From Amoeboaphelidium occidentale (Eukaryota): a stretch of 43,029 nt of DNA. A program made the position numbers and the translations under genes. Numbering within the stretch: the stretch's first letter is position 1; each line of letters opens with the position of its first letter. Location of the stretch: assembly GCA_023515795.1 (NCBI GenBank), contig JALGPX010000094.1:1-43029 (forward strand). Direction: 5' to 3'. The notes under the pieces are model-generated. The model did not search any database. It was not told the DNA's origin and saw only the letters and a list, made by a program, of their open reading frames with translations. Below are positions 24,321 through 37,825 of the stretch, in pieces.

Positions 24321-26363
24321 ATGTTGAATCTTCGCTACAGTAGAGGAATCTTCAGAGCAGGAGACGTCTTAAAAACATTTCGAAGATCGCAATCTAACTA
24401 TCCAGCAGAGGGACCGGCCAGTAGAATTGGTACAACTTTGAACAAAGGCGAGAGAGTTCAGGATGAAGTCGATGTTCTGATTGTTGGCGGTGGACCAGCT
24501 GGTCTATCNNNNNNNNNNNNNNNNNNNNNCAATCTAACTATCCAGCAGAGGGACCGGCCAGTAGAATTGGTGCAACTTTGAACAAAGGCGAGAGAGTTCA
24601 GGATGAAGTCGATGTTCTGATTGTTGGCGGTGGACCAGCTGGTCTATCAGCAGCTATTCAGTTGCGTAAGCACTGCGCCAAAGAGGGAAAGGATTATAGA
24701 GTTATGGTTTTGGAAAAGGGTTCAGAATTAGGTACTTCTAGTCTTTAACAGTTCTAATTGGATTTCTGTTACAGGGAGACATACTTTGAGTGGATGTGTG
24801 CTGGAGCCTAGAGCTTTGAATGAACTGATCCCAGACTGGAAGGAGAAGGGCGTAAGATTTCTTTGTGTATTCCTTTAATCTTGGCTGCTAGGCGCCTTTG
24901 AATCAACCTGCACTTAAGGATCGCATGCTTTTCTTGACAAAGACAGGATCTTTTCCTTTGCCACATCCTCCGTATGCTTCTAATAAGGGCAATTATATCG
25001 TTTCATTGAGTAATGTCGTTCAATGGTTGGGTCAGCAAGCTGAAGAAGAATATGGAGTTGAAGTATATCCTGGAATCGCTGCTTCTGAAGTTCTGTATGG
25101 TGAAGATGGAAGTGTACGAGGAGTAGCAACAAACGACGTTGGTGTCAGCAAGGAAGGTAAAGCCAAAGATTCGTTTGAGCGCGGTATGGAAATCAAAGCA
25201 AAAATTACACTCTTTGCGGAAGGTTGTCATGGTTCGCTTTCAAAGGAAGTTATCGATAAGTACAACTTGAGGGAGAATTCTTCACATCAGACTTATGGTA
25301 TTGGATTAAAAGAAATATGGGAAATTCCAAAAGAGAAACATCAACCTGGACTCGTTTTGCATACATTGGGATGGCCATTAGATTACAAGACTTATGGCGG
25401 CTCATTTTTGTATCATGCAGAAGAGAACAAGGTGTATGTTGGATTTGTTGTGGCATTAGACTATGAAAATCCTTACTTGAGCCCATACAAAGAATTTCAA
25501 AGATACAAGCAGCATCCTGCGATTAGAAAGCACCTTGAGGGAGGAAAGTGTATCTCTTATGGTGCTCGCGCTCTCAACGAAGGAGGATATCAGGTAATTT
25601 TCATGTGGGATCGATTTTAATTTTGTAGTCTGTTCCAAAGTTGTACTTCCCTGGCGGTGCATTGGTCGGATGCAGTGCTGGATTTATGAATGTTCCAAAA
25701 ATCAAAGGTACACACACGGCAATGAAAAGTGGTATGCTTGCTGCAGATGCCATATTCGATGCATTGGAGAAGCAAGAAGAGGCGGAGAAAGAAACTCCGA
25801 TAGTTTTAGAATCTTATGAAAAGACTTTGAAAGATTCTTGGGTTTGGAAGGAACTTTATGAAGTAAGAAATTGCCGTCCTTCATTTCACAATGCTCTTGG
25901 ATTGTACGGTGGAGTGTTTTGGTCAGGTTTGGAAACGATTATATTCAAAGGGAAGTTGCCTTTCACTTTGAAACATGGAACTCCAGATCATGCAGCTTTG
26001 AAACCAGCAAGTGAAGCAAAGCCCATTGAATATGAAAAACCAGATGGTGTGCTGAGTTTTGAGTTGCTAGAAAATCTTGCTAGAAGTGGTACTAACCATG
26101 CTGATGATCAGCCTGTACATTTAACCTTGAAAGATAAGAAGATACCAGTTGAAAGAAATTTGAAAGTTTTCGATGGACCAGAACAGAGATTTTGTCCTGC
26201 TGGTGTCTATGAGTATGTTGAAGCTGAGAATGGAGGAAAGAGGCTTCAAATCAACTCCCAAAACTGCCTGCATTGCAAGACGTGCGATATCAAATGCCCA
26301 TCACAAAACATAAACTGGGTTGTACCAGAAGGATCAGGAGGACCTAGTTACGTGGGCATGTAA
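24321..26363 (+). CDS. ETFDH: Electron transfer flavoprotein-ubiquinone oxidoreductase, mitochondrial
   Basis: [36 protein letters not shown] and 4Fe-4S motif FCPAGVYE...[11 protein letters not shown]. Interrupted by an N gap with a duplicated flank. Three introns. Confidence 0.96.
24390..24648. repeat. 119-nt direct duplication flanking an assembly gap (probable artefact)
   Basis: 24390-24508 equals 24530-24648 apart from 24432 A and 24572 G. Removing one copy restores the ETFDH frame. Confidence 0.9.
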
Positions 26364-26403
26364 AATTCTATAGTTCAATAAAGCAGATTTTATATGTGTT
26401 ATT

Positions 26404-27032
26404 TCATTTTGGTTTTGCTGTTTGTGGTAAAGTGTCTTGTCGCCACGATTCAATTATCAAACTTACTTGAAAATGCAGCATAATACATTGGATGCAAATT
26501 ATCGTTAGGCTGAACCCAATTTGTCGTTGTATTCCATCATAATCACATGGTATTCCCTTAGATGCTATTCACAAGTAAATTGAACCCAAATTGAAGTTAC
26601 CCAATGATAGTTTTCTAGAATCCTGACAGCCTAGTGCATCCAGCAGTAGCTTATCGCTAGATAGCTTTGCAAAGAAAGCAGTAAGAATAATTCCCAGTAT
26701 GATCGTGCTTGCTGAAGCCTATCATCATTAAAGATTCCTGATCACACACACACACTTACTGCGATCATGATCCTCGACATGACTGCTTTGTCAGAGAACA
26801 TCTGCTTATACTTGTAAGATGCAAGAAATACTATGCAAATTATAGCCTGTATGATGTAAAGAGGTGAACATTCGACCTCTGGCCGATCAGGTGAAACTCT
26901 TCCTACAGGCATCGAGTAATTGACAGCCGTAAAGATCACACAAAGCAGTGCTTGTAGTAGGCATGTTATCCAAAGATAAGAATAGTTGTCTACTCTAGTA
27001 AAAAGATCTGTTAGAAGTGCAACAAAAAGCAT
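26404..27032 (-). CDS. Uncharacterised multi-pass membrane protein (~180 aa)
   Basis: Two typical GT-AG introns link about four hydrophobic segments in frame. No family recognised. Confidence 0.5.
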
Positions 27033-27033
27033 C

Positions 27034-28142
27034 TTATATATTTTGTAAGAAAACTGAATTCAGTGTTCCAAAGTCAAGCTCTTTCCACGAGGGATCATAC
27101 TGAATGTCACAACATTCTTTTACCGCCTTCCAATTAGGTGATGCGCTATGTTTCAACCAATTGAAATCTTGGACTTGGTCATACTTATTATCAGAATCTA
27201 ATCCATATTTCTAATAATCAGTTTGTGATATAGGTGCAAACCTTTAAATCAGACAAGTACTCAGGAAACACACGCGCGTAGCTGTTAAACGTGATATCCT
27301 TGCAGTCTTCTATAATAGGATTACTTGAAACGTGAACAAAGCAGGCAACATGCTCGCTTGAATGCATTCGAAACTTTAAAGATCAGCATTACAGTACAAC
27401 CCATAACAAACCTGATGGCAACCTAAAACTAAGACAGAGTTCGTGCAATTGTTGATAAAGACTGGACCCATAACAGGATTAGAAATCAGTACGATCTTGT
27501 CGCAGTTAAGAATATGGATTGTAGAGAAAATGTAGTCTGTTCCCTTTAAATCAATATAAGACTCTGAACAATCCTGGATAAGTAAATCTGAGCTGCCCCC
27601 TCTTAAAAGTTCTTCCTGCTGTGATAGAATGAAGTTTCTGCCAGCATAGCCCTTGATAGCAGGAGAATCGCTTTTCATGCCATTTGAACCGCCTTAAAAT
27701 CAATACTCAAAGTTCGTAAATCTTACCAGCAACCCGTGCTGGACCTCCATGCGCTATATTCTCATCATGCACGGTGCTTGCCTTAGTCTTACGCAGCTCT
27801 CTACTTTTAAATCTAAATGGACCTACTTCCCGGAACGAAGCCTCTTTAACCTGTAACAAATCTCTCAATTGCTTTAAACTCTTCAATTATCAGTTATACG
27901 TCTCCAATGGTAAACTACCTGACGATAACTCTTTTGATCATACACAGGCAATGACTTGTTCTCTCGTACGGTGAATTCGAGATTCCTGATTAACATGCGC
28001 ACCTCTGAACTTGCTTCAATACTGCCGTCAATGGACTCGATGAGCTTTTGGGTATCTTTAAAAACATTCAGAATGTCTATTTTCTATTAAAGAAACCTTC
28101 GCTCTTCCGTTTAAATTCTGCGTAGAAGTCAGCTGTGGTCAT
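27034..28142 (-). CDS. TBCC: Tubulin-specific chaperone C
   Basis: LPVYDQKSY, FRFKS, GPVFINNC...LGCHQ|FRMH, SSNPIIEDC and QVQDFNWLK..ASPNW. Five short introns. Confidence 0.9.
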
Positions 28143-28148
28143 CGTGCA

Positions 28149-28880
28149 TCAAAAGTCAGTTTCATCTCCAGCGCCGTCTCCTAAACCATTTCTGGAACCC
28201 CCATAAGAGTATTCAGCGGACTCTAAATCTTCAATATTCACAAAGCGTTGCCCTGTGTTGCCCTTCTTCATGACGACGAATAACCGGAAGAACTGAACAG
28301 AGTTACGGACAATGAGCAGGACAGACTCAAAAGTTTCTTCCATCTGAGAACCAGACGTACATGTGCTTCCCAAATATGACAGTGTCACAATGCAGAGTAT
28401 CACTAAGACGAGATCAAGCCAATTAGCCAAATATGAGAAGTATTGCTTCAAAACAGGTAAATATGACCAACGAAACGTACCATTCTTTGAGCAGCCATAC
28501 GAATAGCAACTTCGATAACAAGCGCAACATTAATGATTATCTCCAGGGCAAGCACCATCCCAGTGGGACTACGATCACTTTAGAATCAATCACCAGAGTA
28601 TTACCAGCCGTAATTCAAGGAATATATCAAACATATAACAGACTAAAGAGTTATTACTTCCTCCGAAGGTCTGTACCAATGCAGCCAGAAACAAGTAAAA
28701 CACTTTGTATGCCGTTGAATAGAGAAATCTGTTAGCAAGTCCAGATATCCGCTCCTCCAAAGTAATCGATCCGTATCTGGAATGGTCGTAATCCCTAAAA
28801 ACTCAGACGAAATGAATACACAAAATCGACCATTGAAGATCAGCTTCATATTGCCTATTAACCGATTTGAAAAGATCCAT
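28149..28880 (-). CDS. Stand-alone voltage-sensor-like (Ion_trans S1-S4) membrane protein
   Basis: Four introns. Spliced product: ...ANRFLYSTAYKVFYLFLAALSVICLIYSLNYGCPTGMVLALEIIINVALVIEVAIRMAAQRMQYFSYLANWLDLVLVILC...ESVLLIVRNSVQFFRLFVVMKK. No pore helices. Confidence 0.75.
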
Positions 28881-28987
28881 CAATAGCAACAAAAAAGGTC
28901 GGAGCGTTGTTTCATTGATCCTCGCTGAACCCTTCGAACGCTCAGCAATTTCAACGCACTCTTGCTATTGATGCATATACAAAATGT

Positions 28988-31900
28988 TTATTTGGGACAA
29001 AGTGTTTTAAGAGCAGACGCACATTCATTATGCACCGCGATCAAAGGATGATCGGGAATAGTCAATTCATGTTGATAGAGAAGTCGCAGAATATTCATGT
29101 ACTCCTCTAAAGAGTATTGAGGGCCCTCATTCTCGACTTTCTTGACCATTTCTTTACCACCACCAAGGAACAATTGAAAATACTTGCGAGCCCAGTCGAG
29201 CTTTTCTTCGTGTTGCAGTGATATACTGCTCAAGCTTTGCTGGATCGATTGAATGTTCTTCAGCATCTTCAAGACTCCCGTTTTAGTCATTCTTCTTATG
29301 TACTTTGCAGTGCTCAGCAGAATCATTGCTGTTAAAACAGCCAAGCCTTCAAAAACAAACCTAGAAGTTAGAGAAAGTCAGGCTTTGAAGTTACATTTGT
29401 TCTGCAGGTACTAGTGTTCGGTCAACAATTTGCTGGAGTATCACAATGTCTTGATTTAGTTGCATTACATGAGAATCGGGTTCAATATCATCTGAAGCGT
29501 AGTTTCCATCTTTCACTGCAAGATCCAAGTTGAAAATTACATGGCATCTAATCTCAACTTTGAGAATATGGAGACAGTCGTCAGATATTGTACTCAGGTT
29601 CTTAATGATACCATCAAATTTCTTTGATCGCTCTTGATCAAGCAAAAGGCAAAGCGCATTGCGTTTCAAATCATCAGGAATTTGAGCGTCCGGACGGCCG
29701 AAAGTTTCAGCGAAAGAATCCAAATCTCTAACTCCGTCTTTTTCATGAATTATTTCTGAGAACGGTCTCAAATCAATCTTTGAATCCGAATATTCTCCGG
29801 GACGCCGGATAATTTCTAGTTGAGCAATGAGCCAATTCAAACTTGCTCGCAATTGCGACAAGAATTCTAAATTTCGCTTGTCTGAGATTAGACTTGTCTT
29901 CTTCAAAGGTTTTCCGTTAAGCGCTTTGAGTTCCAATTGATACAAAGCTTTCGAAATATCATCGACTTCATTAAAATCTGAGTCGTTTCTTCTTGAACTT
30001 AAAAGTCTGTGATCTAATGTTTTTCTGAACGCCTCATCATTGATTAAAGATTTGCTGAATATTTCACTGTGACATTCATCTCCCTTCTCGTCAAGGTATG
30101 TTTCAGTGCAACAAGCATTGAATCTCATTGCAACTTTCTCTACAAACTTCTCCATCATTGTCTCTATCAGGTCGATAAATTCATTCTGATGAATTGGGAC
30201 TTTGTAAACAGCAAAACAAAGATCTTTGAGAAGTTCAACCAGAAGCGCACAGCATTTCATAAGGGATATCGAATTGATGCCGTCGTCGACTTCTTGAATT
30301 CTAAAAGAATCGATAGCATTAACGCTCTCGTGGAATCTTTGTACAACATTATCTTCCAGTTGAGGTAGGAACTTCTTTAGCAAGCAAGAGTTTAGCATTA
30401 GGCTTATATCGTTTGGTACACCTTTCTTCCCTGGGAAGTAAATTGTCTCAATATCATCCACAAACTCAACAGTTGGTTTTATGATGACTGGGAGGTTTAG
30501 AATAGTTGGCTTAACTATGAGCTTTAATCCAGTGACTTCAGATGCTGAAGACAAACTGTCAACCACGCCTGCTGCATTTCCCTCAGACATGAAATTTATG
30601 ACTGAAGAGGAAACATTTGTTGCAGCAGAAGCATCTGCAAATCTAAAGGATACTTTATGCTTGTTTGACTGACCGGCTTTAGTTGCCTTGCTGTTGGATT
30701 TGAGGTCCATTTTGATCTCACCGACTGCAACTGTCCTAGTAATGTCGGTAAGGTACTGAATAAGCAAAGTAGACAATTGATCCTGCATGGCGGTCCATAA
30801 GTCAGACAATGAATACTTTGCCTTCTTCCTTTCGTCTTGTTGTGCTTGAGACGTGTTATGATCTTGTTTTGCAGACAATCTCTGTAATGAAGATATCGTA
30901 GCCTGATGTATTTCCATAATCCCAGAATATCTGGCAAAAAGCCTATTAAGCAAGATTTCTACAATTGAAGATGACAGACCAACTCTAGAAAGGGTTCGGG
31001 TAAAGTTCGTCTTGATCTCTTCCTTTTTCAGTAAGAATATTAACCCTTTTTCTGACAACTCCTTTTCAACCTCTATAATAACCTTTTCTGTTATTTTGTA
31101 AAGCTCATAGGCTAGTCTTTGTCTTATAATATTAGAGGTGTCTCCAATTTTGCCCAATAAATCCAGCGATTCCAAACACATGTCAATAAATCGCAATGGA
31201 TCATCCTCGATCCGACCACCGTCAGTATCGGACCCTTCGTTCCCTTCAATGGAAATCCCAAGGAATGTAGTTTTCAATGTACTCAACCCAGGATTTCCCG
31301 CATTCTTGTTAGCAGTTGAAGCAACTTTCTTGGAATTCAGGAGTGTCTTAATGAAAGAATTCGACTTACGAACTGTGTTATAATCAAGATTCTCTAACAT
31401 CGAAGAAAATATACCAGCCCGTAAGTAAACATACTTGTGCAGCTCTTCGATTATTGTTTCATGAACTGTGCCCCGAAATTGAAGCAAACTAGCACGAATG
31501 TCAGAAAGCGCCTTGATATCACCATAATCACTACTGGATATCGTTTTAATGGATGCCAGAAGAATTTTCGATGCAGATAAGTACTGTTTCCTATGAACTA
31601 AAGCTTCAAACTTCTCCGGCGCCATTTTAAGTTCCTCAATGGTGTTCAACATCCGTAGCATCTCCTTGTACTGAACGCTTTTGATCCAAAACTGTAATAA
31701 ATCTGATCTCTTACATAACAGCGACTCTTTGCTCTTTAACAGATTATTGCGCAAAGTCAAAGCCCTCTGCTTGGAATCAGAAATGTTATCCGTAACTTTA
31801 CCAAACGTCTCGATGGAACTATTGAATGCCTGATAATGATCATTAACAATTATGTCCATAGCCTTCTCTAATTTCTCCAAAACCTTCAAGAACTTGTCTA

Positions 31901-32135
31901 TATCTCTTCCACCGCCTTGTTTATCCAGTAGCTCCAAAGCCAAAGTTACTGGATTGAACGATTCTTCAGTCATAAAGCTCCAATTGTTCTCAATATCCCA
32001 CATGACATCTTCGACCTCTTTAGGGAGTATCACATCATCATTTCCTTCGGTTCCGCTAAATTGCTCTGAAGCACCAACCGAATTAGACGCTGGGCCAACT
32101 TGATTTGTCGCAACATCCTTTTTACGCCTGAACAT
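28988..32135 (-). CDS. SEC8: Exocyst complex component Sec8 (EXOC4)
   Basis: FNPVTLALELLD, IVNDHYQAFNSSI.TF, LIEELH.Y.Y-like TIIEELHKYVY, LKVEIRCHVIF and GVLKMLKNIQSIQQSL. One intron at ~29360-29394. Confidence 0.92.
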
Positions 32136-32161
32136 CTATTAAAAACAAAAGCAATTTACTT

Positions 32162-32551
32162 TTATTGAGTCTTTAGATGAAGTTCGTATGACTTTTGCTG
32201 AGGTGTACCACTCAATGACTCTAATTTAACTTCATTCTTCTCGCCCTTCATAAATCGCACAGCCTTTTCGAGGGCATCCTTCTTCTGGTCCAAAGAAAAT
32301 GTCGGGTTCTCGCTGAATGCATCAACCATAGACAACAGAACTTCCAATTTAACGCCCTTTATGCCGCTCTTTAATGGAATATCTTTCAAAGCAAAATGCG
32401 TGTCATAATCTGCTAGTTGCGTAATGTGATCAGGGTTTGCTTTCTGTTCCCGATGCGTAGGAATGTGAACACTGGCTGCTTTAGTTGTGGTTGCGGCTGG
32501 TGATGTTTTTGATATCGTTGAATAATTGTAGCGTGATAAATATCGGAGCAT
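32162..32551 (-). CDS. Probable mitochondrial protein (~129 aa), possibly mitoribosomal mS31-like
   Basis: Presequence-like N-terminus (MLRYLSRYNYSTIS). AFSENPTFSLDQKKDALE loosely recalls the SKNPY.S..QK motif of mS31. Confidence 0.5.
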   Translation of the reverse strand: MLRYLSRYNYSTISKTSPAATTTKAASVHIPTHREQKANPDHITQLADYDTHFALKDIPLKSGIKGVKLEVLLSMVDAFSENPTFSLDQKKDALEKAVRFMKGEKNEVKLESLSGTPQQKSYELHLKTQ

Positions 32552-32570
32552 GGTCACAAAACAAAAAAAT

Positions 32571-33029
32571 TTATTTGATCTTTCGATTAGCCAAATGAGC
32601 ATAAGCAGATGGGAATCCTCTTGGGTGAGGTACCTTCGTAAAGTGAGGCACTATCAGATAAGATTAGCTTCCATATGGTGTTATATACCTTGTATAATTG
32701 GCTTCATGTGATACTTTGGATTCTTGCTGAAAACGTAATACTTTTCAGTTGGAGTCAACTCAGATTCCTTTCTTAGCTTAAGGGCTTCCTCCTATAGGTA
32801 ATGTTTAGCGAAAGTATCATAGTCAAAAGTACGAGTTTCGGCGTGGTAATGTTGGAAGCTTTCAAAGTCTCAATCAGTTCATCCACTTCTCTTAGTCGTG
32901 TCCTAACGCGCTTCTTCTGTCCTGCGCTCAAGAACCATCGTCGCCTTGCATATCTTCCAAAATGTTTAACACTTTTAATGATCCAATTTACCTTGCTTGT
33001 CCAACCCTGCATATAAAACTGGGAAACAT
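32571..33029 (-). CDS. MRPL31: Mitochondrial ribosomal protein mL60
   Basis: Three introns give MFPSFICRVGQARYARRRWFLSAGQKKRVRTRLREVDELIETL...ESELTPTEKYYVFSK...VPHFTK, the fungal mL60 pattern. Confidence 0.85.
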
Positions 33030-33132
33030 GATGTGATCGCTCAAAGACAAGAATGCGACAACCGAAGCGCGACCGACTCAGAATTTTTCTTTTCTCGACC
33101 ACATTTAAAGTTATCCTTAACAGAAAACCAGA

Positions 33133-33262
33133 ATGAGGGAAAAGTGGAGAAAGAAGAGAATGAGGTACTTCTTCTTTTAGCCTGAGGGCACAGTGACTAA
33201 TGTTCTTTAATTTTAGGCGTTTGAAGAGACGTAGAAGAAAGCTAAGACAAAGATCCAAGTAA
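33133..33262 (+). CDS. RPL41: 60S ribosomal protein L41 (25 aa)
   Basis: Removing intron 33165-33216 gives MREKWRKKRMRRLKRRRRKLRQRSK*. Confidence 0.96.
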
Positions 33263-33530
33263 ACTACCCGCGTGTTGTCCACAAGGACATCATAGCAAAT
33301 GAATAAAAAACGAGTAATACTCTGACGAGCGTTCGGTGTGTCTATGTGTCAAGCTGTGCTACGTTGAGTCCATTCAATGTCATATATTCACTGCTCCTTC
33401 AGTAGTGACTTGTATGATGTTCTTCATATTAAATATGCCTTATGTTGCATGACGTAGCGGTGGTTAAATGTGCGTGCCCACTTTCGATGCCTCCAGGCCT
33501 ATTTATATCACAGTGTTCGTGCACTTGGAA

Positions 33531-36254
33531 ATGGAGACAGAGGTCAAAAGCAACACGAAGCTGGATAATATCACAGAAGCGCTAACAGAGGAAGCGGTAC
33601 AGCCAGATGCTGTTCCAAGATCTTCGGAAACTCTGACTTATGCGCACCAAATTGAACAAGTCAAGCAATCATTTATGAACGCTGTACCATCAATATCCGT
33701 CACTTCAGACATTGAAAAGTTGTCAGATCAAAACGGTGGTTCATTCGTTGTCGTAAATGATGGGGCTAATGGTCCGCTCGATGGTTTATCAAAAGAGTTT
33801 CTGGTGGATTCAACTTCAAACAGTCAAGGCAAGATCAAAACTGCTAGACGTCTTGATGGTAAGGGCATCAAAGTTCACCCATCATTTCCATCAGAGAACT
33901 CTTTCACACATGAAAGCAGGAGTAAGAAAAGGGTGGACAAGAACTATCTAATGACAGGAAGTCAAAGAGTCAAATCTAAACCCCATCGATCATCATTATT
34001 GAGTCCTTTCGGTCCTGTTTCAGCATTGGAGCGTCCTAACGACCAAGACATCTTACAATTACCCACAAACGCACGAAAGATAAAATCTACAGGAGATTTG
34101 AATGATCTTATTGAGGTAACTATTCCGCGACCTCAGTCAAAAAAGGTTACGATTACACCAATGAATAAGGACGTTTCAGCCACAACAGAAGCAGCCAAGC
34201 TAAAAGCTGCGTTAATTATTCAACGATTCTACAGATTTTACAGGATGAGGGTTCATTTCTCAAAGATAGTCAGCAATGTCAACACGAAGAATATGGTAAC
34301 AGACGACAAGTCACGCAGAAGGTCTGTGATGCTCCGGATATTATCAAAAGATGTGTCGAAATCTTCTGAACATTTGGCCAAAAAGAATATTGAGCGTCTG
34401 GATAGCGTGGTAAAATCACACGACTCAATACTGAGAGAAAACATAAGTCATCAACCAGAAGTTACAGAGAAAGACAGTAACTTGGCAAAAAGCTACGGTT
34501 CAAACGAATCTCAGCCACAATCTCCGCCACAAGGGCATCGACAGAATTTGGAATCTATATTGCCCATTGAGTTAATTGATCATGCGGAAGAAGAGAAAAC
34601 GCAGAAGAGGACATTGTCAAAAGGCGTCAATTTGTTTAATAATGACGCTAACAAGGGGATGAGCTTTCTATTAAAAAATGGATGCGTGCCTAATGATCCT
34701 TTGAGCATTGCTAAGTTTATGTTAAATGAAACCAGACTCAGCAAAACCAAGATTGGAGAATATTTGGGCACTGGTGAAGATTTACAAAACAAAGTAATGC
34801 GAAGCTTTATAAATGAGCTTGATTTCACTCAAATGGATTTCGATCAAGCCTTAAGGTACGGTTAAATACTAAATAACACTAACTTTCAGGCACATGCTGA
34901 GTAAATTTAGGCTTCCTGGCGAAGCACAAAAGATTGATAGAATAATGAATGATTTTGCACAGAAGTTCTGCAAGAATAACCCTTCGGTTTTTTCTAATGC
35001 TGATACTGCATATGTTCTCGCATACTCACTGATCATGCTGAATACTGATGCTCACAATCCCAACGTGAAAAAGAAAATGTCTTTACATGATTTTCTGAGA
35101 AATAACAGAGGTAAGTTGCAATTAGGATGATCTAATTCTTTTAGGAATTGATAATAAGCAGGACTTACCAGAAGCTTTCATGAAAAAGCTTTATACGAAT
35201 ATAGTCAACAATGAAATCAAAATGAACGAACACGACAACATGTTTAAAGTAAATCAAATTAGCAGTCAGATAGGAGGCATTCCTGAGGTAAAGAATTTAA
35301 TGTTTCAGGATATTTATTTGTTTATAGAGCTTAATTTCTCCCAGTCGAAGATATATCAGGGATTTTGGTGTTCAACAAGTTTCTGATTATAACAAGGCAA
35401 ATACTCACAGGCATGAAAGGAATGTGTTCTTATTCAACGACCTCATAGTTATTACAAAGCCTAAATCATCTGGTGGCTACGCGACATTAACTCTTGAGGC
35501 CGGTGCAGCTGTGACCGCAACATTAAAAGGTGAAAGCGCTTCAAATGCAAAATACCAATACCGCTACATGTTCAACATGGTTACTCTCACACTCACAGAA
35601 CGTCCTGATAATCAATTTCATTCAAACGTTTTAGAGCTTGCAAACGTGAATGGGCGCTTAATAACACTTTCATTTATAACGGCTGAAGAACGAAGAATAT
35701 TTCAGTCCATGGTGAACGATTTCATCGATGAAGTTGCTGATATCGAGGAGGACAAATTGCAAAAACTGAAAAAGATGACTTCTACTAAATCCAAGACTGC
35801 CAAATGGTTGATCGAAGAAGCTTACTCGGCTGATCATCCGAAATACAGCGCCAAAGAGCGTGTGGAAAAATATGGATCGTTAAGGAAAGCGAGAGTTGTG
35901 CTTCAAACTCAGTCCCTGATACTTAGAGGAAAGAAATTTAAAGCTGGAGGTCCGAAAGATCTTCATCCAGATGTTCAGGATCTGGAGCCGTATTTGAGCG
36001 AGTTTGGCGCAAGTATTAAGCTATGCGCTCCTTCACCTAGCCCAGAAGTGGTTGTTATACATGGGGAAGTGGATATTGATGGAGATAGTAACGCAGATAA
36101 GTCAAGCATATACAGTGAAAGGAGCAGTAATGGTGGTCCTGAAAGCCTTCAACGCAAAGACACATCACCTTCAGCTCCAACTGCTAGCAATGAAAGATTA
36201 ATGAAGCGAAGAAATACCATCACTGGTTACTTGTTGGATGGGTTTCATAAATGA
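33531..36254 (+). CDS. Arf guanine-nucleotide exchange factor with IQ, Sec7 and PH domains (IQSEC/BRAG-like)
   Basis: IQ motif [13 protein letters not shown]. Sec7 motifs [23 protein letters not shown] and [15 protein letters not shown] motif [16 protein letters not shown]. Three introns; alternative start at 33468. Confidence 0.88.
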
Positions 36255-36294
36255 AAAAGTTCCTGCAGTGTTGTCAAATAGAAATTTATGATGT

Positions 36295-37560
<1,266 letters not shown>

Positions 37561-37825
37561 GATTTGAGGGAAAGGGTGAGATTGAAAATCAAACTTTCCC
37601 GTCCCATGCTAAGCCATCGACTCTTTCCTACAAAAAACTTGACCTTAAACAGTTTATCCGCTTTACGAACTTTGCTTTACGATATTGGTGAAACCCGAGT
37701 GCTAGAACCAAACTGTGCTATTTTTAGAAATCGTCAAATGAAGTTTTACGTCTTACCACAATGCATTACACAGTTTCAAAACATTCAATTTATATCTATT
37801 CGATTAAAACTCAGCCTCGTAAATA

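Noticed and set aside
24390..24648. Internal duplication or pseudogenisation of ETFDH
   Set aside because: This is a gap-flanking overlap artefact; collapsing it restores a normal gene.
28077..28096. Possible 20-nt intron in TBCC
   Set aside because: An in-frame downstream acceptor gives a 41-nt intron with a branch-like CTGA, matching the genome-wide size.
37561..37825. Intron-like GTAAG...AATAG segment and short ORFs upstream of the thiolase gene
   Set aside because: No convincing coding frame results. At most it is a 5' UTR intron or uORF.
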